The notes beneath the pieces are model-generated. The model was not told where the DNA came from, searched no databases, and saw nothing but the letters and a program-made list of their open reading frames with translations. From positions 27,040,001 through 27,104,000 of the forward strand of contig CP068257.2 of NCBI GenBank assembly GCA_009914755.4: a stretch of 64,000 nucleotides of DNA, read 5' to 3'. This document shows, one piece after another, positions 47,712 through 60,638 of the stretch; the first letter of the stretch is position 1; every line of letters begins with the position of its first letter. Source of the stretch: the human T2T-CHM13v2.0 reference genome, Homo sapiens. The translations under genes and the position numbers were made by a program.

Positions 47712-47740
47712 TGCTTGTTTGTTTGTTTGTTTGTTTTTTA
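47712..47740. repeat. (GTTT)n microsatellite.
   Basis: 'gcttgtttgtttgtttgtttgttttttaacc'. Confidence 0.8.
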
Positions 47741-47874
47741 ACCAGACGCTACATTTGGGTTCCTTATAGTTCCTGATTATAATAACAGAGCGCCAGCAAA
47801 TTTCATAAGAAGAAAAACCTGTTTGATGAAAAATTAGTTATTCCAAAAGAATTCCCCTAAACATCTGACTTTAG

Positions 47875-48225
<351 letters not shown>

Positions 48226-49779
48226 CTTTTTAAGATTAATTTCTTTAAGGTCAGTTTTCCCTAAATCTCTCTATGTACACTCAGTACAGAGGACCAGCTG
48301 ATAGTCCTGACTTCCATCCTGATTAATAAGTCAATCAATGTTGTTGGGTGTCCCTAGAGCCAACCTAGCATGCACCCAATAAATGCATGCTAAATTGTAT
48401 TGAAATTAAATCTATTCCATGTAAGTAAGTGACTTATGGCACATCTCTTGGTTTTGATGTCCCCCAAATACAGATTCTGAGATAGAAGCTGGGTGCAGGT
48501 AGTTTATTTGGGAGATAACCTCAGAAAGCACAGGTAGGGCAATGGAGAAAGTGAGACTAGGAAGGGAGGTAAACTAAAAGGGATACATTCATGAGACAGG
48601 TAATCACTGCAGACAACTGAGCTGCAAACTCAGAGTGAATACTGGGAGGAAACACATGGAGGGAACTTGATGAAATCTCAGGCATTTCTCCCCCTTAGCC
48701 TTCTCCTAACCACACATCAACAGCTTTCCAGGGATACCAGACAAGAGTGAGGGCTTAGGTGCTGCCAACTCTCAGACTGAACTCTGCAAGTTCTATCATG
48801 TCCTGACTCAGACCCCAGTTACTGTCAGAAGCAATGCTCTCTGCCATCCGCAGTCCAGATTCTCAATCTCATTTCAAGTCTTGCTTTTAAATAATTCTGG
48901 ATGATTTTTATAATTTGGTCTTCAATTTGTCTATTTTTACTCATCTATTCCCTAAAATAATTTCAAAAGACATTGTACCCCCTAGCACATTATTAGGTTG
49001 ACATCTATAGGCTTTCTTGGTCATCAGTTTAAGTAGTTGCTAAAAGTGACTTCCAGTAAATTGTAAATATTGAAAGTCTAAAATAAAATTGTTACTCAGA
49101 TCCTTCAAATGTTTCCAGTGGAATTTAAATTCCAAAGAAATGGGATACTCATCACTGTTCACTTAACGATATAAATGTACATGCTTATCTTGTTTTATAA
49201 TGTTCCTTAAAGTCATATTTCCATTCCATTTTCCCCACAGAACTTTATTCTAATACAATAATATACTTGAAATAATTTAACTAAATTTAACTAAATAAGA
49301 ATTTAACTAATTATTAACATAATTCACCACAGAAAAGGGTATAAATTAACATTTTTTAAAAAAGGTCCTTTGACTATATAGGTTCAAATGTATATTTTTA
49401 AGTTTTATTTTGGGAATTACCATACTATGTTTTACTTAGTTCACAACTGATCAAAACAATACAAATATATTTTAAATATTAATAAATAAACTTAAAAATT
49501 TAAATTTTAATGGAAAATCATCTCAATGAAATGGGCGGGACTGGTCTGATTTTTCTAATTAGTTAATCTCTCCATGAATGAATACTATTTATCAATAGAA
49601 TGAGACAGAGGTTAATATCAATGTTGTTCTTTGTTTAAAAAATAGCACTGAAAAGACTTGTCCAAAAAGAATTTATTTAAGTAGTTGAAAATAGAATCGA
49701 TTTTATTATAGCAGTGTCTTTCACTTCTTTGAGATTTTTTAGAGTTACATCCTAAACATAGCATAGTAGTCTACCGTCA

Positions 49780-50056
<277 letters not shown>

Positions 50057-51224
50057 ATTTAGAATATCCTAAGTAGGTTTTCAAACTTTATTCTGAGCAA
50101 AGAATAAAAAATCATTGTAAAAGAATGTGGTCCCCAGTTATCAGATCAATTAGTTTTCTCAATATCAGTACTAGTTCACAGGGTCCCTTTGCTTGGGTTT
50201 TTCCACCATAGCAAGATAAGGAGTGAATCAAAGGATGGAAGTAGGAACATGAAAAGGGCAAGTGTGGGGAGAAAAAATAAGCAAGAAACTCTGCAAGTCA
50301 TAAGGGTGCCTATGGAGAGATGAGTCTGAGAAAAGCAAATATAGGGGATTTGAGGATCTGGAGGTTGATTTTGTTGACACTGTCTCAGTCCCCACGTATT
50401 CCCTTGGGAAGGAGATGCATCCCCAGGACACCCACACATTTACATACACTTCAGTGGCTTTGGAATAATTGTATGGTCCCAAAGTCTTTCTTAGTTTTGC
50501 CTTATGAAATTCAAAGCCCAAGCGTTTGAAACCCAAAAACTAAGAATCAACTCTTTGGTTTGGTTACATCATCCTCAGGAGAAGTTAGTAAAACCTAATG
50601 CCCAGGCAGCTGCCTGGAAAGGAGGGAAGGATAGAGGACAAATAGTTTCTAGCAACAAAAAATACATTAGCTAACCTTTCAAAGTTGCACCCTGCGTGCT
50701 CAAAATAACAAAGGAGCCACATCCATTATGGATGCTATAGAATTCATGAAGTGCAATCATTTGATTTGGGCCTTTAGTTTGTAGATTTAAGATTTATTGG
50801 AGAAGAAAAGAAGTGCATATAATAGATTAATTTGTGGGGATGTTAAAAATGCCTGTGCATGGACTTATTAGATAACCTGCAATGCGTAGGTAAATTTGAT
50901 GTTCAAATAGGACCACTTGTTTATAAGCCTGATTTCTTTGGGAAGAAAATCAATTCAGACCAGACCTGTTTCATTCAAGTAAGCCTGAGGGCTTGCTTGA
51001 AATAAACTGATAAATTCTTCTGTTCCCAATTAAAAAAATAGGGCCAATATCCCTCATTTTAAAAATGCTTCTGTTTTTCATGAAGTGTGTGTATGCATAC
51101 ACATAATAATCTGAAGCAGTCTGCTGCTATTTAATTATAGCAATACATGTGACAATGGAAACAGAGATTGGAGCGATTCAGGGCCATGAGCCAAGGAATG
51201 CAGGGTGCAATTTTAGCCCAGTGA

Positions 51225-51335
51225 GGCCCATTTCAGACTTGGGACCTCCAGAACTAGAAAATAATAAATTTGTGTTGTCTTAAACTCTAAGTTTGTGGTA
51301 ATTTGCTACAGTGGCAATAGGAAACTAATTCAGTG
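51225..51335 (+). mobile_element. MLT1-type (MaLR) LTR 3'-end fragment.
   Basis: 'ggacctccagaactagaaaataataaatttgtgttgtcttaaactctaagtttgtggtaatttgctacagtggcaataggaaactaattc' matches the conserved MLT1 3' motif. Confidence 0.45.
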
Positions 51336-52699
51336 CCCTAATAAAATGACATGCCTTTACAAATTAACTATGTAGACACATCCCATAATCATCCTACATT
51401 AAAAGTATTTAATGTCCTCTAAAATAAAATTCCATTTTAATAATTATCACCTATGACTTTGGATTGCCCTAAATAATCTAATACAGATATGAAAATGAGT
51501 GTATCACCAGGCTAGGCCCAAAGGAAATTGACAGGGCTGAGCAGTAGAAATCAGGAGTTATTAGAAATCATGGGGCCTCCCTAAAGGGTGGGAAATTTAT
51601 CAACTGTGCTTTTCTTTCCTATTCAAGTGGTTATGTTTGCCCAGAAATCCATGAACATGGAAGAACTCTTAAGTATGTCTTCGGTAGGCAAATACTTGTT
51701 TTCTTCTAAACTCATGATGTAGAGGGAATGATTAAAAGCTACAGACCACAGGGGGTGGAAAAGTATTAGCTTAAAAAAAATGGATCCAATCCAAATGTCA
51801 TGGGCCAGCTTGAATTTTGGTGAGCCTAATGATTTTTGAAAAATGTCTGTTAAAACTGTTCTCCATGCCAAGCTCCAGGGTAAAACCACAAGTAGGAATT
51901 GATCTGTTGTATTTTATAAAATCCAAATGCTGTTTTTCTGATTTAAATACTTTTTTAACAGATTCTGAAATAGGACACAAGGGAAGAAACTGAAGACAGT
52001 ACATTTTAATCTTCTCAAGCTGCCAGGACACAGATCTCTCCCTCTTTCCCTACAGAAGGGATCAAGCAGTGCCCACTCTCCACCCTCCAGGGAGCTGTGA
52101 CTCCTGGTGAGGGGCTATTCATACAGTGTCCATTCCCAGACCATGCTTTAAACATGGCCAGGAACACTGAAGCTTTGGGACTGAGAGTGTACTCATTTAG
52201 TTTCCCTGAATTGAGAATGCATGAGAAAAAGCAAAGGGCACCCAAATACTTGTGGCCTTATTAATGCTTTCTGGAAAGTCTTTAATTATTTAATAATCTT
52301 CTAGGTTTCTCTGTCTCTACTTCTCCCCAAAATAACATGGGCAGGTGCGAAAGCCTGTTGTTCTCCTCTTCAAGTAACCTCCAAATTTAGTTGCTGCTTA
52401 AGCCCCAAAATTCCTCCTACGCTGGCTTTGCATGCACTTGAGATGTTCATGCCTGAGATCTAGGCCTTGAATGGGAGGGGTTTTAATAGGAGCAAATGGC
52501 AAAACCAAGACCGTGGCCTAGAAAATGTTTGTGAATGGGCTTAGAGGTAAAGGGACCTCAAAGCACATAAGCCTCTGCCAAGTCCTATAGCAGTGCCTAG
52601 AAAGAGCGTGGGCATTTTTGTTGATAGCAGAGGGACTGGAAGAGCACTGTCTCAGGCAAAGCTGGATCCCAACTATTTCACTTGCAGAAATGTCTACGG

Positions 52700-52925
52700 C
52701 AGGGGTGTCCAATCTTTTGGCTTCCCTGGTCCACACTGGAAAAAGAGAACTGTCTTGAGCCACACGTACAATACACTAACACTAACGATTGCTGATAAGC
52801 AAAAAAAAAAAAAAAATCACAAAAAAATTTCATAATGTTTTAAGAAAGTTTATAAATTTGTTTTGTGTTGCATTAAAAGTTGTCCTGGGCCGCGTGTGGC
52901 CCACAGGCTGTGGGTTGGACAAGCT
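52700..52925. mobile_element. MITE-like non-autonomous DNA-transposon remnant with imperfect ~30-bp terminal inverted repeats and an internal A16 run.
   Basis: The left end is 'gtccaatcttttggcttccctggtccacactgg'. The right end 'ccgcgtgtggcccacaggctgtgggttggac' is its imperfect reverse complement ('gtccaacccacagcctgtgggccacacgcgg'). The interior reads 'gaaaaagagaactgtcttgagccacacgtacaatacactaacactaacgattgctgataagc[A16]tcacaaaaaaatttcataatgttttaagaaagtttataaatttgttttgtgttgcattaaaagttgtcctgggcc'. It resembles a common human MITE family whose name I cannot recall with confidence. Confidence 0.45.
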
Positions 52926-53249
52926 TGGCCTACAGAAATTCTTGCAAGAAACTAATATCTATGGAGAGTTTTCACGTTGAGGTTTTTAGAAGACGGGTTG
53001 TCGAGTGATAAACAGCACACCACTCCCTTGCCCAGTTTTTCTAATTAAAAAATAATTGGGAAATAATGCAAAACACACGTGGAGAACAAACTGTCATCTT
53101 TACGACCCAATATAGGGAAGGTCAGAGTATCCACTTACATCTGAGGGGCAAAGGGCTTCCTCAGACTGAACACGAGATTAGCCAGACCTACCCAGCTGTA
53201 CTAGTTATCTATTGCTTTGTAACAAAATCCCTCAAAGCTAAGCAGCTTA

Positions 53250-53586
<337 letters not shown>

Positions 53587-54721
53587 TTCTCACAATTTCT
53601 ATGGATCAGGGATCTGGGTACGGCATGGCTTCTCTGGCTCAGGGCCTCTCACCAGGCTATAATCAAGGTGTTGGCCAGGCTGTGGCCACCTCAAGGCTCC
53701 ACTGGAAAAGGACCTGCTTCCACACTCACTCATGTGGCTATTGGCAGGAATTAGTTCCTCACAGGCTATTGAACTGAGGCCTCAGTTTCTTGCTGGCTGT
53801 TAGCTTGGAGACGTGAGTCCTTGCTATGTGGACCTCTCCATAGGGCTATTTAGAACATGGCAGCTTGCTTCCTTTTATAGCAGGGCTCCAAGACAGCAAG
53901 AAAGAGAGGACTGCAAGCCAGAAGTCACAATGTTTTACAACCTAATCTCAGAAGTCATATCTCACCACTTTTGCCACATTCTGTTTGTTAGAAGCAAGTC
54001 ACTAAGTCCAGCCACATTCAAGAGGAAGAGATTATACATGTGTGTGAATATTATAGGGGCCCTTCTCAGAGGCAGCCCACCGTGACAGACAAGTCAAGCA
54101 GTGCTCTGGGAGGATTGGAGGCCTCCCTCTACCCCATCCCAGCAGGAAAAACTCACGCTCCCTATAAGAAGCCTGTCCATGGGTGAAATGACAGAGGATG
54201 GGATACACAGCACATGCTGTGTCATACCCATCAATTGCATAAATAAATCCTGAATGAGGGAGGAAGTGGTGGAGAGAGGCTTAGGCTAAAAAAGTTGGGG
54301 GAAGGGAGAAGAGGGAAGGAGCAGATCTTTTCAAATCGAAAGGAGCATTAGTAGTAAGTAATGAGAACCCGCTAATTCTCACAATACCCTGTTTATATTA
54401 TGATACTCAATTTACATATAAAGAACTTGAAGCTTATAGAGCTTGAGTAACCCAAGGTCACATAGATACTATGTAATGGAGCTAGAATCTATAAATATCC
54501 AATTTCTGAAAAAGTGCCATATTCTGTGTAATAATTATACGTCCCATACTCAGAATCTGTTGGAAGCAGCTATCTGATGAAGACATTTATACTTGCCCAT
54601 GAAAATATCCCATTTCAGGAATGATGCTGCCCCATTCTCTCTGTGTCCTTAGATGTCCCCTAAATCTAAAGTTTTATGAAACAATGGCTTGGCCAGGAAA
54701 CAAAATACACACCTGGCTTAG

Positions 54722-54944
54722 AAGTGAGCAGTTGCTCACAGGAAGGGGAACATCACACTCCGGGAACTGTTGTGGGGTAGGGGGAGGGGGGAGGGATAGC
54801 ATTAGGAGATATACCTAATGCTAAATGACAAGTTAATGGGTGCCGCACACCAGCATGGCACATATATACATATGTAGCTAACCTGCACATTGTGCACATG
54901 TACCCTAAAACTTAAAGTATAATAATAAAAAAAAAAAAAAAGAA
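54722..54944 (+). mobile_element. Very short (~220-bp) 5'-truncated L1PA 3'-end insertion with poly-A and ~11-bp TSD.
   Basis: 'ctcacaggaaggggaacatcacactccgggaactgttgtggggtagggggaggggggagggatagcattaggagatatacctaatgctaaatgacaagttaatgggtgccgcacaccagcatggcacatatatacatatgtagctaacctgcacattgtgcacatgtaccctaaaacttaaagtataataataaaaaaaaaaaaaaa'. The flanks are 'gaagtgagcagt' upstream and 'gaaatgagcagt' downstream. Confidence 0.85.
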
Positions 54945-56164
54945 AGAAATGAGCAGTCCCTTCATGACATAGGGCTAGAGAGAAAAGAGAAGTGAGCAGT
55001 CCCTGGAGCCACCTGCAAGCTGTCTGGGAACTCTGCAGAGCACCCTAGGACTGCACAGCCTGTGCCTGCAGCCATGAACCTTGCCAGTAGCTGGTAGCCC
55101 ACACAGAGGTGGTGACATGCAAGGCAACTTGTCCAGAGTCCCTGGGTGGTACGTGTCACTCCTAGAAACCTAGCAGGTCGGAAAAGCGTTGCTTTGAACT
55201 TGAGACAAGATACTTGCTTTCATCAGCCACCCAGCCTCTCCTGCCGTTTTGTTCTAGGACGCAGGCTAAATCACAGATGGTGACACTTGGCTTCCTGCTG
55301 CCTTTGAGGTACAGGGCTGGACAATGGCTATTTCTAGCCCTACATGCTGCATAGAAGTAGAATGCCCAGGGACTATCGTCTCTTCAAGATTTCATGTCCT
55401 GTGTTAAAGAGAATGGGAAAAATATTTACTTGAATTGCTGTATAGTTCTATGTGTGCTGTCACAGTTAGTGTTCTTTATTAAATGGTATTTCAGTGCCAC
55501 TGTGTGCCAGGCACTGTGATGTGTGCTGAGGGTAACTGATGAATAAAGCAGAAGCACACATGGTCTAGTGTGAATTCCCAAAGATAATACAGCATGTGCT
55601 GGCATCAAGGGATGTCCCAGGTCACATAGCATCTCCTAGGATGGACTGCATATGTGAAGGGGATTCACAAAGGCAGAATACTGTGGGTTGTGGACATCAC
55701 TATCAATTTCCCTCTCTGGGACGCAGTTCACTAAGATACTCTTCCCTCGCCCAGAAAAAAAGAAGGCTGTAGGCAGGAGGAGTGGATGTAAGCATGAAAG
55801 GGACTGGCAGGGGGGCCACAGGTAGGGATGAAGGAACTTGTGTAAATAATGTTTCCCAAGGAGACGACAGAAAGGATCACCAGCATATATCCAGTATGTG
55901 CACCCAAATCATCTGAGATTCTCCACTGCTCAGAGGGAAAGACTCTGTCTGAACAAGAAAAACCTTGATTTCTGCTGAGTCTCAGACCTGACCATTATTC
56001 CCTTCTCCCAGATGTCTTTCAAAATCCTCTGTCTGCCTCTAGATAAAATTTTGCTTGTCGGTAATACCCGGGTACCTCCAGAATAAGGACTGTGCAATAT
56101 TGAAGCTTCACTGGGGTCAACTTGTGCTCTACTCATCACGTCTCCCAAACAAAAACATTAAGAA

Positions 56165-56499
<335 letters not shown>

Positions 56500-56890
56500 T
56501 TACATGAATTGTGTGGTCTTCCATTTCCCTGTTTGTAGCAGAATTCCTCTTAGATAACATTGGCTTTTTTTCTCAGCTAAGCATCCACAACAGTCTCCAG
56601 CTGAAAATCCCATCATGTACCCTAAACATCCAATAACTGCCTCTTCCTGGGACATACACGCAGGTCTCATGATAAAGGAACCAGTGATGCACTTGTGGAC
56701 CTCTCTACAGTTGAACCTGAACATGTATTTCCTCCACCCACACCTTACATTTTGCTCTTCCTTTTCTCTCTGGGTCACCAATGTTTTGACTTAAGTTGCC
56801 TACCCACTCCCCCCAACCCCATTTTTCTCACACACAGGAGTTTTGCCCCATGTAACCTTTTGGTAGCCTGATTGCCACCCTTTGCAAGCC

Positions 56891-57012
56891 ACTGGTTTTT
56901 TTTTTTTAATAATAGTTTAAGTTCTAGGGTACATGGGCACAATGTGCAGGTTTGTTACATATGTATACATGTGCCATGTTGGTGTGCTGCACCCATTAAC
57001 TCGTCACTGTTT
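56891..57012 (-). mobile_element. ~120-bp L1 3'-end stub, minus strand.
   Basis: T13 is followed by 'aataatagtttaagttctagggtacatgggcacaatgtgcaggtttgttacatatgtatacatgtgccatgttggtgtgctgcacccattaactcgtcac'. This is the reverse complement of '...gtgacgagttaatgggtgcagcacaccaacatggcacatgtatacatatgtaacaaacctgcacattgtgcccatgtaccctagaacttaaactattatt' plus poly-A. Confidence 0.8.
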
Positions 57013-57684
57013 AGTCTTCCTCTGCGACAGCCTCTCCCCACCCCCTTCCCAGCAACGGCAGCGCTATTGCTGATCCTTTTTCCCCTTCACACTAATCTTC
57101 CAGCAATCTCCATCCACAGATGTCTGTTCTATCATTTTTTGGTTCATTTAGGGATGGAGAAAAGCCATTATCATCTTTCCTGAGAGAGGGTATTAACATC
57201 GGATGCCATTGCAGACCTCCTATTACTGAAATACTATAGCAATCAAACCTTCTAAGTCCAAGATCCCTAATATCCGTATCAGGAGTTCAAAATGAAACTG
57301 AGCCACTCACATTTGCTTCACACACCTGCCTGATTATCTTAGGAATATAAAGTAGACAGTAGCCCCCCGAAGAAGAAATCCAAGTTTGCAAACAGGCTGA
57401 GTTCATTGAAAACAGTTTAGACTCCACACAGAGACACACTGCATATATTTATAAATATACGTTTTAAACTCTGACAGCATGAGTACACCACTGAAATGTT
57501 TTCATCTTTGTTTTTTATATCTGTTGTCTGCCACGGCATGTCTGCTTTCAACTATAATCAGAAATTTGGCAAGACAATTTTTTTAATATTTTATTTATAA
57601 TTTGCAATCATATTTATAATGGTGAAAAGGTGAGTTGGTAAAATAATTTACCCTGAGCTCCTGATCATAGAAAGAAGTTTATAT

Positions 57685-57746
57685 AATGAATTGTTTTTAC
57701 ATGAAGTGTAAAACAATTATAAATGAATTGTTTTTACATGAAGTGA
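57685..57746. repeat. Short tandem duplication of 'atgaattgtttttacatgaagtg'.
   Basis: 'atgaattgtttttacatgaagtgtaaaacaattataaatgaattgtttttacatgaagtgaagg'. Confidence 0.7.
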
Positions 57747-58649
57747 AGGTGCAGTGAGGAACTTTGATATGGCCCATGGAATAATCCTGATTGAACCCAT
57801 GCCAGAGCTTTGATCAGCTCTGTGACGGTGTGCTGCCTAAGTACCTCATTGAAATGGGTGGGTCTCATCATGAGTCAACAAAAGCTTTCTATCTGAAGAA
57901 TCATCAGTTCCAACCTTTCTAAATGTGGCAGTGTGCACGCTCAGCATTAAGACAAGTTTGGTGTCTGCTTATAAAGACAGACTTTATATCAATGAGATAT
58001 TGCTCTGTAACAAACCAACCCAAAGCTTAATGGCCCAAACAACAATCACTTGCATAACTCATGGTTCTGGAGGTCAGCAAGTCAGAGTAGGATAAACTGT
58101 GTGGTTCTATACTCGGCTGAACTCCCTCAGGCATCTGTGATCAACTGTGGGTTGGTCAGGTGGCCCTGCTTCTGGAAGTTGGCCAGCTTCAGTGGGGGCT
58201 CCTCGGCACTGCTTCATTGATCTCTCATTCCCCAGAAGGCTAGTCTGGGCATGGCTTCTTGATCTTGCCAAGGTTCCAAGAGAGAGAATAGAAGTGTATG
58301 AGGTCTTTTGGGGCTATGTTGGTTTTCTGTTGCTGCATAACAATTTCTACAAACTTAGCACCTTAACACAACACTCATTTACTAGCTCATAGTTCTGTAA
58401 CTCAGAAGTCTAGTACAATAGGACTGGGTTCTCTACCCTGGGTATCATAAGGCTGAAATTGTGGTGTCACCTGGGCTAAGTTTTTAGCTGGAGGCTCTGG
58501 GGGTGAAAATCTGCTTCCAATCCCATTCTTGGTGTCAGCAGAATTCAGTTACTTGTGGTTGTAGGACTGAGGTCCCTGATTCCTTGCAGGCTGTTAGTGA
58601 GAGGCCACTTTCAGCCACTAAAGATGACCCACATTCCTTATCACAAAGC

Positions 58650-58855
58650 TCCCTCCATCTCCAAGACAGTCAGGGTATGTCAAGTTCTTCCCTACCATAT
58701 ATAAAATTTGAGCAGCTGGGGAGATTTAAAAGAGGCTTCCCATAAACTCAGAAGTAAAAAGAGACAAGGGTCCCAGTAAATACAAAACGACTGGGGTTGG
58801 GGAGGCGGATTTTCTGTCCTCAGTGACGTTTTGTTGGTTGATTGGTTTCAGACCT
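58650..58855 (+). repeat. Copy 1 of a ~200-bp local direct repeat (unassigned).
   Basis: '...ccatatataaaatttgagcagctggggagatttaaaagaggcttcccataaactcagaagtaaaaagagacaagggtcccagtaaatacaaaacgactggggttggggaggcggattttctgtcctcagtgacgttttgttggttgattggtttcag'. About 90% identical to 60085-60300. Confidence 0.75.
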
Positions 58856-59641
58856 TGGACTGCCTCTGTCTCTGACCACTAGACTCAGATTTAAAGAACT
58901 CATGTGATGAGGTCAGGTCTACCCAGATAACCTCCCTATCTTATGCTCAACGGATTTGGAAAGTTGGTTATATCTGCAAAATCTCTTTTGCTATATAACA
59001 TAACATAATGACAAGAGTAATAGCTCATCATATTCACAAGTGCCAACCACAGTGAAGGCAAGGAGATTACACAAGAGTAAGGGTCATGGTGGAATTCAGC
59101 CTCCTGCGGAAGCCTGGGCTTGACCGGCTCATTGGCCCTTCTACCCCATACTAAAAACTAAAGCAGATCAGCCCAAATTTAAATGGTGGGAAAACAGATT
59201 CTACCTTTTGATGGAAGGAGCTACAAGGGCACATTACAAGGAGGGTAGACACAAGGAAGGGGTATAGATCGACACCAGATTTTGCAATCTACTACAGACA
59301 GGATATATGAGACTTAAAAAATCCAGGCAGCTCAATGCCTTATGATAGCTCTTGCTGCAACAAGGTGGCCTGCAGAGAGAGCCCACTTCTAGTTATTAGG
59401 ATGAGAATATGGAAGGACAAGCAAGAAATGTCAGGCCCACACTGTCCGTGAAGTAGGATAACCCACCTCTATTTCCTAGCTGCTCCACCTCACAAAGCCT
59501 AGCTATCTTTGCCTCCTGCTCCTTCATTAGTGCAATGGAACAGCAAATCAGGATACTTTCACAGTTCTCTTAAGTGAGCCTAGAAGTGGGGAGCTGCTTG
59601 TTCACAAACTTGAAGCCTGAATATGTTAATATTCTTTCAGT

Positions 59642-59924
59642 GGCCGGACGCGGTGGCTCATGCCTGTAATCCCAACACTTTGGGAGGCCGAGGTAGGCAG
59701 ATCAACCTGAAGTCAGGAGTTCGAGGCCAGCCTGGCCAACATGGTGAAACCCCACCTGTTGGTCTGTACTAAAAATAGAAAAATTAGCTGGGCATGGTGG
59801 CGCATGCCTGTAATCCCAGCTACTCAGGAGGCTGTGGCAGAAGAATCGCCTGCACCTGGGAGGCAGAGGTTGCTTTGAGTTGATATCGTGTCACTGCACT
59901 CCAGCCTGGGCAACAGAGTGAGAT
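59642..59924 (+). mobile_element. Alu (+) apparently lacking a poly-A tail and flanked by a 7-bp direct repeat 'ctttcag'. An alternative reading is that it carries a 35-bp 3' extension before an A15 run at 59960-59975.
   Basis: 'ggccggacgcggtggctcatgcctgtaatcccaacactttgggaggccgaggtaggcagatcaacctgaagtcaggagttcgaggccagcctggccaacatggtgaaaccccacctgttggtctgtactaaaaatagaaaaattagctgggcatggtggcgcatgcc...ccagcctgggcaacagagtgagatcc' is directly followed by 'tttcagaaacctgctgtctgtatttggatacaattaaaaaaaaaaaaaag'. The upstream flank is 'atattctttcagt'. Confidence 0.8.
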
Positions 59925-60084
59925 CCTTTCAGAAACCTGCTGTCTGTATTTGGATACAATTAAAAAAAAAAAAAAGATGAGACAGGCAGGTGCGAAAGAA
60001 ATAAAAGTCACAACTGATCCAGTTGGGAAACTCAGAATTGACAGTTACGTGTCCTTTCATTTATTGATATTTTGAGATTCACAG

Positions 60085-60300
60085 GGGTTTAAACTTTATT
60101 CTTCCAAGACTGAATAGTTCCCACCTCCCTTCCATATATAAAATTTGAGTAGCTGGGGAGATTTAAAAGAGGCTCCCCATAAACTCAGAAGTTAAAAGAG
60201 ACAAGGGTCCCAGTAAATACAAAATGATTGGGGTTGAGGAGGCAGATTTTCTGTCCTCAGTGAAGTTTGTTGGTTGGTTGGTTGGTTGGTTGGTTAATTG
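60085..60300 (+). repeat. Copy 2 of the ~200-bp local direct repeat. It ends in a (GGTT)n microsatellite (60262-60301) abutting an Alu.
   Basis: '...ccatatataaaatttgagtagctggggagatttaaaagaggctccccataaactcagaagttaaaagagacaagggtcccagtaaatacaaaatgattggggttgaggaggcagattttctgtcctcagtgaagtttgttggttggttggttggttggttggttaattggttggttttt'. Confidence 0.75.
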
Positions 60301-60301
60301 G

Positions 60302-60638
<337 letters not shown>

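Noticed and set aside
54960-55330. GC-richer unique stretch with a 65-aa ORF, considered as a CpG-island or promoter candidate.
   Set aside because: It contains very few CpG dinucleotides despite the higher GC, so it is not a CpG island, and there is no TATA or Inr arrangement I could point to.
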